Positions 47,320 through 56,379 are shown, numbered from the stretch's first letter. The stretch is 64,000 nt of DNA from an uncultured Candidatus Saccharibacteria bacterium (GCA_964629815.1 CAZVTA010000001.1:253226-317225); one strand, 5' to 3'. Numbers and translations are program-made. The notes: a model not told the origin generated them from the sequence alone.

Positions 47320-47325
47320 ATTGTA
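47320..47325 (-). promoter_or_regulatory. -10 box TACAAT 7 nt upstream of the uvrB ATG (leaderless candidate)
   Basis: The minus strand reads gtTACAATactctgtATG. Confidence 0.45.
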
Positions 47326-47332
47326 ACAGAGT

Positions 47333-47902
47333 CTACTGATAGAGTTTTTTATAGCGTGCGTGCTTCTTTTCTAGTAACGCAATGAGGTCATGCACAAGTT
47401 TTTTTGGATCATCGCCAAACAACACATTATCATTACTGTCATGGCCAGTGGCATGTAGTATATCCATTATCTCCGTGCTCACACCGCCTGCACCTTGAAG
47501 CAGAGCAATCGGTGTCTCTGTTTCGAGCGCTATCGTAAACTCATGCAAAGTGCCCATGCGTCCGCCAATACTAATTACTGCATCGCTAGACGTTATAAGC
47601 AATGTATCTCGGCCAATATAATGCAAGCCCGAATAAAGAATGGTATCGTATGGCTCTAAAGGCAAACGATACTTCATACTATGCTCAACCTTTGAAGATG
47701 CTGGGCTAATTCCAAAACTCATCGCACCTTTTGCGTCCTTATACCCTTTTGCTCCTTGATACGGCAAACCCAACGTTGCGCCCGTCAATAGCACTTGACC
47801 AGCTTTCGCCAACTCCTTGCCTACTTCATATGCAAGCAATTTACCTTCTTCTGCGCTCTCGCCTTTTGACGCGCCTGATATACAAATTTGAAATCCACTC
47901 AT
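47333..47902 (-). CDS. SLOG/LOG-superfamily Rossmann protein (TIGR00725-like)
   Basis: 189 aa. [15 protein letters not shown], and [12 protein letters not shown] (GGxGTxxE motif). GGGGTG SD. The ATG overlaps the upstream stop (ATGA). Confidence 0.75.
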   Translation of the reverse strand: MSGFQICISGASKGESAEEGKLLAYEVGKELAKAGQVLLTGATLGLPYQGAKGYKDAKGAMSFGISPASSKVEHSMKYRLPLEPYDTILYSGLHYIGRDTLLITSSDAVISIGGRMGTLHEFTIALETETPIALLQGAGGVSTEIMDILHATGHDSNDNVLFGDDPKKLVHDLIALLEKKHARYKKLYQ

Positions 47903-49140
47903 CTTATCACCCCAACTTCATTATGCAGCAACCCATGTTGTAACGTGCGGAATAGCTCTGGCTCCAGCATGCTATCTCCAATATAACGAAGCGATACCTC
48001 ATTCAACAAGCTTTGCCTCATATACTCATGCAGTTGCATAGTACGCGGCAGGTGATTACAGTAACTCACCGCGTTATCAATAAGATTAAATGAAAGCACC
48101 GTGTCGCCATCTTTACTCGCAACAAAAGCCGTATCTCGCCAAAAATCAAACACAGGACTTAGTTGGCACAATTCTTCTTCTACGGACTGCCACAACACAT
48201 CTTCTGCTTGCACATGTGGTTCAAGCACCGCTTTTAGTTCGTGTCCGTCCTCGCGTGCACCAATATGCCGTAGCACTACATGCCATCCAATAGTGTGTCC
48301 TGCAAAGTCAAGATCGAGTACAGCTTCTGGGTGAACTGCACGAGAGAATTCTTTGCCAAAATCACCTCGTACCTGATGCAATTTGAAATACGCGCTATAG
48401 AGACGCTGCTCAATAGCTGCATGCAACACCAGTGCAGACAGGACTGTGGCTATCCCGGGCAACTTTTCAACGGGCAGTGGCAGCATCACAATCGCACCAA
48501 GTTCTCGAGAAAATAGCAGGTTGTGTCCATGTCTGATCACAAACTGATGTGCATCCTCCTGCCAGCGTGATGAAGCTTTTATAATTTTCATGGGGCGGGT
48601 TTCAAAGTCACTGGGTGTTAGCCTTGCATACTGCTTGGTTAAACGCTCATTCCAGGCTGCCGTCTCAACAAGTCGCGCTACACAAACAATTGTCTCTATT
48701 GGCTCACGTTTTATCATAGAGTCAAGTGATTTGTAACCAAGTGTTTTAAGCGTTTTTTTTGGTGCTAGGCCCTTAAAAATCCGCTTCATTACTGCGTGCT
48801 TAACCACCCATACATTTTGCAGTGTTTTTCGTTTTCCAATAACTACCACAATACCATCGATAATCGACTCGACATCATCAGACTGCTTTGCATGCAATAT
48901 TTGTGCTAAAGTTCTGTCGCATTCCGCGATTTTTGCCTGAAGAGCCGAGTACATTTCCTCTGGGGTTGTATCAACAGGGTCCATGCCTAGCTCTGCAGTT
49001 TTTCTCCGTACAGCGGAAACAATTTCTGCAATAAGCTTAACGTCAATACCTGTCCTTCCTGTTGTTGCTTCCAAAGACCGAAGTCTTCTTGAAAAGTCAG
49101 GTTCGGTGCTCTCACTTAGCTCTGCAAGATGATGTGACAT
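47899..49140 (-). CDS. hypothetical 413-aa protein
   Basis: A long ORF with codon usage like its neighbours, translationally coupled to the LOG-like gene. No motif recognised. Confidence 0.65.
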   Translation of the reverse strand: MSHHLAELSESTEPDFSRRLRSLEATTGRTGIDVKLIAEIVSAVRRKTAELGMDPVDTTPEEMYSALQAKIAECDRTLAQILHAKQSDDVESIIDGIVVVIGKRKTLQNVWVVKHAVMKRIFKGLAPKKTLKTLGYKSLDSMIKREPIETIVCVARLVETAAWNERLTKQYARLTPSDFETRPMKIIKASSRWQEDAHQFVIRHGHNLLFSRELGAIVMLPLPVEKLPGIATVLSALVLHAAIEQRLYSAYFKLHQVRGDFGKEFSRAVHPEAVLDLDFAGHTIGWHVVLRHIGAREDGHELKAVLEPHVQAEDVLWQSVEEELCQLSPVFDFWRDTAFVASKDGDTVLSFNLIDNAVSYCNHLPRTMQLHEYMRQSLLNEVSLRYIGDSMLEPELFRTLQHGLLHNEVGVIR

Positions 49141-49163
49141 TGAATACTTTCGCGTGATGTTTA

Positions 49164-50168
49164 TTACAGTTTTGTTGCTTTATACCACGAAGGTGCGTGC
49201 TTTAAGAGCTCTGCAAGATGATGCTCCGACAATAGGCCTTTTTGGGCGCCAACGTATTGCACCACACTCATCGAATTGATGGGCGCCCATTGCAACGCTC
49301 CTTCGATAGTATTGCCTTTGATAATTGCAGCAACAAAGGTGCTGGTAAACGCATCGCCCGCACCCGTACGCTCGTATGGCGGCGAGGGATCTGGATAAAT
49401 GGGCATCTTGAGCCTATCCGTACCATCTGATGCATAGGCTCCTGCCGGTCCATCACTAATGACGACAATTTTAGGACCCAGAGCATGCAACTTATCAATC
49501 AGCTCATTCACATTCTTGTAGTCACCGCCCGTAATCATGACTGCCTCTTCGCGGTTGACCGCGATAAGTTCACTGCGTTTATACAGCTTTGCTAAGCGTT
49601 TGGTGCCTGCCGAAATCTGGAAAGTGCCCGGCTGGAAGGCTAATTTAACATCTGGGTGCCGCTCAAGCCAGTCAGCCATCTCATCATGAAAGTCCATAGC
49701 ATTTTTGCTAATCGAACTAAAATATATCCACTTTGGTATTTCATGCGGTCGTAGGTGTGGCCAATGATACACATATTCCTCGTGCTTAATCAAGATTGTT
49801 CGCTCGTCTTTGTACCATAGTACGTAATGATAATTGCTTTGCTTTCCTGGGTTAATGTGCATCAGCCTTGTGTCTACGCGGTTCTTTTTGAGCGAAGCTA
49901 GCATATCTCTTCCATGCTGATCATTTCCGACATTGGCATGTAGTGCACTTTTTAGTCCGAGACGCGCGAAACTCACGCTTGCATTTGCAGCGTTACCCAC
50001 CGCTTCGATAACTTCGGCATGATCGAATGGAATTTTGACCCCAAAGGGCATTGCGAGCCATTTGCCCGTAGTATCTTTGGTAACTTTTGCCTGGTCATCT
50101 TCAAGCTTGATGAATGCATCCGTAACGATATCACCTACCGAGAGTACATCAATTTCTGTTTTACTCAT
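49164..50168 (-). CDS. PfkB/ribokinase-family carbohydrate or nucleoside kinase
   Basis: 334 aa. N-terminal VGDIVTD and the C-terminal TGAGDAF anion-hole motif. Confidence 0.85.
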   Translation of the reverse strand: MSKTEIDVLSVGDIVTDAFIKLEDDQAKVTKDTTGKWLAMPFGVKIPFDHAEVIEAVGNAANASVSFARLGLKSALHANVGNDQHGRDMLASLKKNRVDTRLMHINPGKQSNYHYVLWYKDERTILIKHEEYVYHWPHLRPHEIPKWIYFSSISKNAMDFHDEMADWLERHPDVKLAFQPGTFQISAGTKRLAKLYKRSELIAVNREEAVMITGGDYKNVNELIDKLHALGPKIVVISDGPAGAYASDGTDRLKMPIYPDPSPPYERTGAGDAFTSTFVAAIIKGNTIEGALQWAPINSMSVVQYVGAQKGLLSEHHLAELLKHAPSWYKATKL

Positions 50169-50215
50169 CCACCCTAATCCTGTTTATGGTTTTATTGTGC
50201 CATATTTGACTGATA

Positions 50216-51130
50216 TTAATCAACCTGAGCTTTTCCCTCGGCATTAAAGGCATCGATTTTACTTTCGACCACTTTCTGTACCGCAGCAATGACTTGATCC
50301 ATCAGCTTTACAACCGCATACTCAGATTTATTTTCGGCAAGCACCTTTTCAAGCGTCGTCCTATACGCAACGCGCATGTCACTGTTGATATTTATTTTCG
50401 TAACACCAACCCGAACAGCATCTTCGAAATAGTGTAACGGCGTACCGCTGCCGCCATGAAGACTAATATTGCATGGAATTGCAGCTCGAATCTTCGTAAG
50501 CAATTCGATATCTAGTTTTTTTGGAACAGGGTATTGGCCATGAAGATTGCCAATCGCGGCAGCATACGTGTCAATACCGGTTGCCGCTACAAATGCCTTT
50601 GCGCCTTCTGGTGTGCTAAATGTTTTTTGAATTTCTTTATAATCAATTGTCTCGGTATGTTTGTTAGAGCTTCCACCAAAGTAGTGTGGCTCACTTTCTA
50701 CAAGCGCACCTGTTTGCTTAGCATAATCAACCACCTCCTTGGTCTGTGCTATGATTTCTGCCTCAGTAGCATCATGATTTGCTTGGCTAATATCAATGTG
50801 TATAAACTCAAAGCCCGCATCAATACCCGCCTTTGCAGACTCTACACTTGGAGAATGATCAAGATTAACATATATCTCAACGCCGTATTGTGTACGGTAA
50901 TTATCGACCATATCTCGTACATTTTCGAGTCCAAGAGCCTCGACTTCACCCTGGCTCACCTCAACAAGTACGGGTGCGTTTTTGTTTTTCGCAGCTCGAA
51001 CGACTGCAATAAGTGTTTCTTGGTTATCTAAGTTGAAGGCGCCTAGTGCATAATGACCCTTACGCGCTCGTAGCATTGCGGCACGAGCTTTATGACAATT
51101 GTCGCGAATTTGCTGCCTTGTAAGTCCCAT
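50216..51130 (-). CDS. fba: class II fructose-bisphosphate aldolase
   Basis: GAFNLDNQE, HLDH-type NLDHSPS, and LHGGSGTP. The start at MGLTRQQ (51130) has a GAGGGT SD. The upstream 25 codons in the ORF track are rejected. Confidence 0.9.
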   Translation of the reverse strand: MGLTRQQIRDNCHKARAAMLRARKGHYALGAFNLDNQETLIAVVRAAKNKNAPVLVEVSQGEVEALGLENVRDMVDNYRTQYGVEIYVNLDHSPSVESAKAGIDAGFEFIHIDISQANHDATEAEIIAQTKEVVDYAKQTGALVESEPHYFGGSSNKHTETIDYKEIQKTFSTPEGAKAFVAATGIDTYAAAIGNLHGQYPVPKKLDIELLTKIRAAIPCNISLHGGSGTPLHYFEDAVRVGVTKININSDMRVAYRTTLEKVLAENKSEYAVVKLMDQVIAAVQKVVESKIDAFNAEGKAQVD

Positions 51131-51193
51131 GGCTACCCTCACTATCATTAACTTGCTTACGCTTAAGAATAGCATATAATTACTCTTGTAGTC

Positions 51194-51817
51194 ATGGAAA
51201 AGCAAAAGTCACAAATAGCCGAAGTATTTCTCTGGCTGATGCCAACGTTGCTTGAGTCAATTATGTATGTCTTCATCGCCATAGCCACGGTTGTGATTAG
51301 CAACCTACAAGGTGTGCGCGACTTTTTATTCTTTTCGGACGACTTTAACCCCATTGGTACGGCGGTTAACAGTATTGATCAGCTCCTTACGCAGGTAGTT
51401 GGAGAACGCGCAGCGGGCGCTTTGTCGCTTGCTATATTCTGGGGACTGGTTGGGCTCGTTGTAAACATAATCTGGTGGCTTATTTCCAACTTTTCGACCG
51501 AGCTCAATAACGATCTTGTATTTAGTAGTTATATGCACCCTAGGTCAGCAGACCCAAAACAGCTGCTCCACGAGTTCTGGAAAAAAATTGCCTTTCAGTC
51601 AGCCGTAGCAGTCGTGGGCATTTTCTACCTTAACTTCTTTATTCGTAGCGCATTACCGCTTGTAACGACACGCTACGCCGAGTTCTTGCGTGCTTGGCCT
51701 GGGCAGAAAAACATTTTTAGCTTATTTACTGCAGTTATATTTCAAATAGTTCTTTTGCATACGTTTGTTGTTTTAACTCGAATGCTATTACTACGAAAAC
51801 AGGTCTTTAGTCGCTAA
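51194..51817 (+). CDS. integral membrane protein, unknown function
   Basis: 207 aa with 4 hydrophobic segments. TATAAT lies 13 nt upstream. Confidence 0.6.
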   Translation: MEKQKSQIAEVFLWLMPTLLESIMYVFIAIATVVISNLQGVRDFLFFSDDFNPIGTAVNSIDQLLTQVVGERAAGALSLAIFWGLVGLVVNIIWWLISNFSTELNNDLVFSSYMHPRSADPKQLLHEFWKKIAFQSAVAVVGIFYLNFFIRSALPLVTTRYAEFLRAWPGQKNIFSLFTAVIFQIVLLHTFVVLTRMLLLRKQVFSR

Positions 51818-52784
51818 GGATTGCATGAACCTGCAGGCGAATATTGTCTGCTGTAAGGCCATGTTTTTGCAACAATTCTTGCGGGGTGCCTGACTCTCCA
51901 AAAACATCATGAACTCCGAGACGGCGAACTGGTACCGGATGTGCCTCAGAAAGTGTTTCTGCAACCAACGAACCAAGCCCACCGGCAACCTGTGCTTCTT
52001 CTGCAACCAACACTTTTCCGGTACGCTTTGCGCTTCTTATAACCGTAATTGCATCGAATGGCTTAATGGACGGAATATGCACCACCTCTGCATCGATTCC
52101 GTCCTTCTGTAGCTTTTCGGCAGCAACGAGCGCATGATATGTCATTACCCCTGTAGTCATCAAAGAAATATCTTTTCCTTGGCGATAAACATATGCTTTG
52201 CCTATTTCAAAGGGCGTCTTGTCCGTTGTAAGCACTGGTGATGCGTCACGTGCCAGACGCAAATATGCTGGCTTACCTGATGCCGCTATTGCCAACGTTG
52301 CGCGTTCAGCTTCTAAACTGTCTCCGGGGACTATTACCGTCATGTTTGGCAGTACACGCATCAGTGCAATATCTTCAAGCATCTGGTGCGTGGCGCCATC
52401 TGGCCCAGTATACAGACCAGCATGTGAACCAACGATCACTACTGGCCGCTCGTTCAGGCACACAGTGGTGCGTATCTGCTCCCAGTTACGTCCAGGGCTA
52501 AATGCAGCATAACTACTTGTAAATGGAACCTTATCCATTGCTGCCAAGCCCGATGCAACCGTAACAAGATTCTGCTCGGCAATGCCCACTTCAAAAAAAC
52601 GCTCTGGAAATTTTTCGGCAAAATGGTTCATCTGCGTTGAACCAGTAAGGTCCGCACATAGCGCAACAACGCGCTCTTCTGCTTCTCCAGCTTTTAAAAG
52701 CCCACGGCCAAAGCCTGCACGGATTGGTTCTTCTGTTAGCTTGGCATTCAGCCAGCCATCGGCTGCAAGATACAGACTACTCAT
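51807..52784 (-). CDS. tkt: transketolase, C-terminal (pyrimidine-binding) subunit
   Basis: RAGFGRGL, FEVGIAEQN, and a C-terminal domain. GGAG SD. There is an 8-nt overlap with the N-terminal subunit gene. Confidence 0.92.
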   Translation of the reverse strand: MSSLYLAADGWLNAKLTEEPIRAGFGRGLLKAGEAEERVVALCADLTGSTQMNHFAEKFPERFFEVGIAEQNLVTVASGLAAMDKVPFTSSYAAFSPGRNWEQIRTTVCLNERPVVIVGSHAGLYTGPDGATHQMLEDIALMRVLPNMTVIVPGDSLEAERATLAIAASGKPAYLRLARDASPVLTTDKTPFEIGKAYVYRQGKDISLMTTGVMTYHALVAAEKLQKDGIDAEVVHIPSIKPFDAITVIRSAKRTGKVLVAEEAQVAGGLGSLVAETLSEAHPVPVRRLGVHDVFGESGTPQELLQKHGLTADNIRLQVHAILSD

Positions 52785-53622
52785 GTTCGCTCCGTATTTT
52801 TCCCTGCAAGGTACGCAACTCATGCAACGCCTTTACGGCTTGCTCATGGTTTGGCGGCACGCCGTGCCAATGAAAATCATACTCCATAAAATCAACCCCT
52901 TTTCCCGGAACGGTATGCGCAATGATAATGACCGGTTTTTCGACAATTGTCCGTGCCATAGCGCAGGCGTCAATAACTGCTTCGATATTGTTTCCATCTA
53001 TCTCGATTACATGCCAGCCAAAGGCTTGCCATTTTGCCCTAAGATCTTCAATTGGCATAACTGTTTCTGTTGGACCGTCGATCTGTATATTATTGCGGTC
53101 AATAATGCCGATGACATTATGAAGCTTGTATTTAGACGCAAACATTGCCGCCTCCCAAATGTTGCCTTCATCGAGCTCTCCATCACCCATAACCACATAA
53201 ACCCAACGATGCAACTGATTATTGAGGCGCATTCCAAGCGCCATTCCACACGCTTGGCTCAACCCACAACCCAAAGGACCACTCGTGGTTTCGAGTCCAG
53301 GTAATTTTGTTCTTTCTGGGTGCCCTTGTAATCGGCTTCCAAAAGCGCGCAGCGTCTTGAGCTCCTTGATGTCAAAATAGCCAGCATGCGCCATTGCCAC
53401 ATATTGCACCGGTACGCAATGACCATTGCTTAACAAAAACAAATCACGCTCATTCCAGTCTGGTCGCTTTGGATCGTGTTTTAAAATATCAAAGTACAGT
53501 GCTGTTACAATATCTGCCAGTCCTAAAGGTCCTGCACTATGCCCACTACCAGCATGCTCCAACATTCGAATAATGTCTGAACGAACTGCTACCGCTTTCA
53601 ACTCAAGGTCTTCAAGTGTCAT
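52777..53622 (-). CDS. tkt: transketolase, N-terminal (TPP-binding) subunit
   Basis: 281 aa. SGHSAGPLG and GDGELDEGNIWEA (TPP/Mg motif). ATGA overlap with rpe. Confidence 0.92.
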   Translation of the reverse strand: MTLEDLELKAVAVRSDIIRMLEHAGSGHSAGPLGLADIVTALYFDILKHDPKRPDWNERDLFLLSNGHCVPVQYVAMAHAGYFDIKELKTLRAFGSRLQGHPERTKLPGLETTSGPLGCGLSQACGMALGMRLNNQLHRWVYVVMGDGELDEGNIWEAAMFASKYKLHNVIGIIDRNNIQIDGPTETVMPIEDLRAKWQAFGWHVIEIDGNNIEAVIDACAMARTIVEKPVIIIAHTVPGKGVDFMEYDFHWHGVPPNHEQAVKALHELRTLQGKIRSEHE

Positions 53623-54260
53623 GATTTGTCGTTAATTAACTTCTTTAGTGTAGCATAAGCATGTTCTGGATTATCTGAGCCCTGTATCGAAGCTCCAACG
53701 TTCAGCACCGACACACCGTCCATGGCAATCTGGTGAATATTTATTGTGTTAATTCCCCCATCCCATCCAATCTCCAATGACGGATTTTGTTTTTTTAGTT
53801 TTCGCGCTTTATCAAGCAAGCGAAGATTTGCAACCCCGCCATGATACCCAAGATTTCCACTAAAAATAAGTACGTGGTCAATATCATGCATAGCTGGTTT
53901 AATTTTTTCAATGGGGGTATCCGGCAGTACCGCAACACCAACCTTGATTCCTGCTTCGTTCAAAGGATGAAAGACATCATAAAAATTGCCAGCAGCTTCC
54001 GCATGCAAAATAATCATATGGGGCTTGAGCTGTATCAATTGATTTAAAAATGGCTTAACAGCAGTATACATGAGATGAATATCCGCAATTGTCCCGGCAG
54101 GCCACCATACATGCGATATATCAATCAACTTATTTGGCGCAAACACGCCGTCGGAAAGGTCGATATGTATACGCTGCGCAAAAGCAGCAACACGTTCGAT
54201 CTGCTCACGATATTCGTGGGGTTCACGAGCAGTAATCGTAGGACAAATAACGTGCGCCAT
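53619..54260 (-). CDS. rpe: ribulose-phosphate 3-epimerase family protein (divergent)
   Basis: 213 aa. IHIDLSDGVFAPN and a TIM-barrel pattern. Sits in operon context with rpiB and tkt. Confidence 0.75.
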   Translation of the reverse strand: MAHVICPTITAREPHEYREQIERVAAFAQRIHIDLSDGVFAPNKLIDISHVWWPAGTIADIHLMYTAVKPFLNQLIQLKPHMIILHAEAAGNFYDVFHPLNEAGIKVGVAVLPDTPIEKIKPAMHDIDHVLIFSGNLGYHGGVANLRLLDKARKLKKQNPSLEIGWDGGINTINIHQIAMDGVSVLNVGASIQGSDNPEHAYATLKKLINDKS

Positions 54261-54706
54261 TAGCCGAGTGTATCCATTTCCTGATTACGACGAATGAACC
54301 GTGGTGCTGCTGCGAAAGGCGTATTGAGCCAGGTCTCAACTATGACATTAGCCTGTTGATCGGTTAAGCTTCGGGCCGGTAAGCAAAGTACGTTGGCATC
54401 ATCGTCATTGCGTGCACTGCGCACCGATTCTTGGTCGTACCCCAAACACGCACGTATGCCTTTAAATCGATTGGCGGCCATACACATACCTTGGCCACTG
54501 CCACACACTAAAATACCCCGCACCTCGTCGTCTGAACTTGCAAGCATGTCAGCAACAACTCGACCCGCAAATACCGGATAATCATCTTCTGGGTCCAGTC
54601 GCTCGTCGCCATCATCAGCAACATCATAGCCAGCACTCTTAAGATATGCTCCGAGCGTTCGCCGCATATGATACCCGTTATGATCTGAACCCAGATAGAT
54701 TTTCAT
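54260..54706 (-). CDS. rpiB: ribose-5-phosphate isomerase B
   Basis: 148 aa. IYLGSDHNGY and CGSGQGMCMAANR. Confidence 0.9.
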   Translation of the reverse strand: MKIYLGSDHNGYHMRRTLGAYLKSAGYDVADDGDERLDPEDDYPVFAGRVVADMLASSDDEVRGILVCGSGQGMCMAANRFKGIRACLGYDQESVRSARNDDDANVLCLPARSLTDQQANVIVETWLNTPFAAAPRFIRRNQEMDTLG

Positions 54707-54708
54707 GT

Positions 54709-55722
54709 CTATTTATGTAGTAACTTGCCGACATCTGCAACAAGTTCGACAAGACGATTACTATACCCCCACTCGTTATCGTACCAAACCACTACTTTGG
54801 CAAGATTGCCACCAACAACGTTAGTAAGTAAACTGTCGATAATACCCGAATGACTGTTGCCAATATAGTCACTACTTACCAGCGGCTCCTCGCTTACATC
54901 AATTACCCCCTGAAAATATGGTTCTTTTGCGGCTTTTTTGAGCGCATCGTTAATCGATTCTTTAGTTGTCGACTTTTTTAAGACCATTGTTACATCGCTC
55001 AAACTCACAACTGGCGTTGGTACGCGCACACTCAGTCCGTCGAACTTGTCCTTCAGCTGAGGAACCGTTTTTGTTACTGCAATAGCAGCGCCCGTAGTGG
55101 TTGGTACCATGTTTTCTGCTGCAGCACGTGCTTCGCGCATATCTTTAGCGGGCGCATCTTGCAAAACCTGGCTGGCAGTATAGCTGTGCACGGTCGTTAG
55201 CATTGCTTTTTCAACGCCAAACGCTGCATCCATAATAGCCATGACCGCCGCAATGGAGTTTGTTGTACAGCTTGCATTACTAATAATATCTCCCGCGGTT
55301 TTGAGCTTATCTTCATTAGCACCAATGACCAACGTATCTACCTCTTCGCTCTTACTCGGGCCGCTAATTACCACCTTTTTTGCACCAGCTTTTAGATGCA
55401 ATGCTGCGTCTTCTTGCTTAGTGAACCGGCCTGTCGACTCTATAACGACATCAACCTTCAGATCTTTCCACGGCAAAAGACTAGGATCTTTTTCTGCTGT
55501 TACACGAATCTTATCGCCATCAATAATTAAGTGATGCTCGTCTGACTTTACTTTATGCGCGTATGTTCCGTAATTACTATCATGCTTTAACAGATACGCT
55601 AAAACTTCAGTGCTCGTAAGATCGTTAATTGCAACAATCTCAATATCAGCACGTTCATATGCAATTTTAAACGCATTTCTCCCAATACGCCCAAATCCGT
55701 TGATGGCCACCCGTGTTTTCAT
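54709..55722 (-). CDS. gap: type I glyceraldehyde-3-phosphate dehydrogenase
   Basis: INGFGRIGR and SNASCTTN. GGGGGTG SD. ATG 55722 is preferred over GTG 55725. Confidence 0.95.
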   Translation of the reverse strand: MKTRVAINGFGRIGRNAFKIAYERADIEIVAINDLTSTEVLAYLLKHDSNYGTYAHKVKSDEHHLIIDGDKIRVTAEKDPSLLPWKDLKVDVVIESTGRFTKQEDAALHLKAGAKKVVISGPSKSEEVDTLVIGANEDKLKTAGDIISNASCTTNSIAAVMAIMDAAFGVEKAMLTTVHSYTASQVLQDAPAKDMREARAAAENMVPTTTGAAIAVTKTVPQLKDKFDGLSVRVPTPVVSLSDVTMVLKKSTTKESINDALKKAAKEPYFQGVIDVSEEPLVSSDYIGNSHSGIIDSLLTNVVGGNLAKVVVWYDNEWGYSNRLVELVADVGKLLHK

Positions 55723-55795
55723 CACACCCCCGTAGTTACTACGCTATTAATGCTACTATAAGCATAAACGATTTACGGGCTTGTTTCAACGATGT

Positions 55796-56332
55796 TTACT
55801 GTGCTTCTTTTGCCCAGCGCTCTTGGCATTCAACAATGATTTTCTTTGCAGCCTCGACATCACCCCAGCCAAGTACGTGTGTTGTTCCCGGCTTTTTAAG
55901 ATCTTTGTAATGGTTAAAATGATGCTCGACCTTTTGCTTCCATTGAATATGAATATCTTTTAAGTCTTTTATGGCATCGCCGGTGTTGCGGTCATCGGCC
56001 GGCACGCATACAATCTTGTGATCCATTTCACCATCGTCTTCAAAGTTTAGTACCGCTACAACGCGCGCCTTTAAGAATACACCCGTAGGGATTGGCTCAT
56101 TACAAATAACAAGCGTATCAAGCTCATCGCCATCCTCATCGAGCGTCTGTGGAATAAATCCGTAATTTGTTGGTTTTGCAAAAATGCTTGGCTCTACACG
56201 ATCAAGTTCAAACGTGCCCAGCTTACGATTCCATTCTATTTTAAGTGTCGACCACTTAGGAATCTCGATTACCGTGTTGATAACGCCACCGCTGATATCG
56301 CCAGCATCAAGAATTGCATTAAAATCTGCCAT
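55796..56332 (-). CDS. ppa: inorganic pyrophosphatase (family I)
   Basis: The translation from ATG 56332 reads MADFNAILDAG...VIEIPK...EDGDELD. AGGAG SD. The upstream 33 codons in the ORF track are rejected. Confidence 0.92.
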   Translation of the reverse strand: MADFNAILDAGDISGGVINTVIEIPKWSTLKIEWNRKLGTFELDRVEPSIFAKPTNYGFIPQTLDEDGDELDTLVICNEPIPTGVFLKARVVAVLNFEDDGEMDHKIVCVPADDRNTGDAIKDLKDIHIQWKQKVEHHFNHYKDLKKPGTTHVLGWGDVEAAKKIIVECQERWAKEAQ

Positions 56333-56379
56333 TATGTTCTCCTGTTTCTCTGATAATTTTATTATACTATATTCCGAGG

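Noticed and set aside
52582-53304. 240-aa plus-strand ORF across the transketolase subunit junction
   Set aside because: It is antisense to both tkt subunits, which carry TPP-binding and pyrimidine-domain motifs. It has no start context and no motifs.
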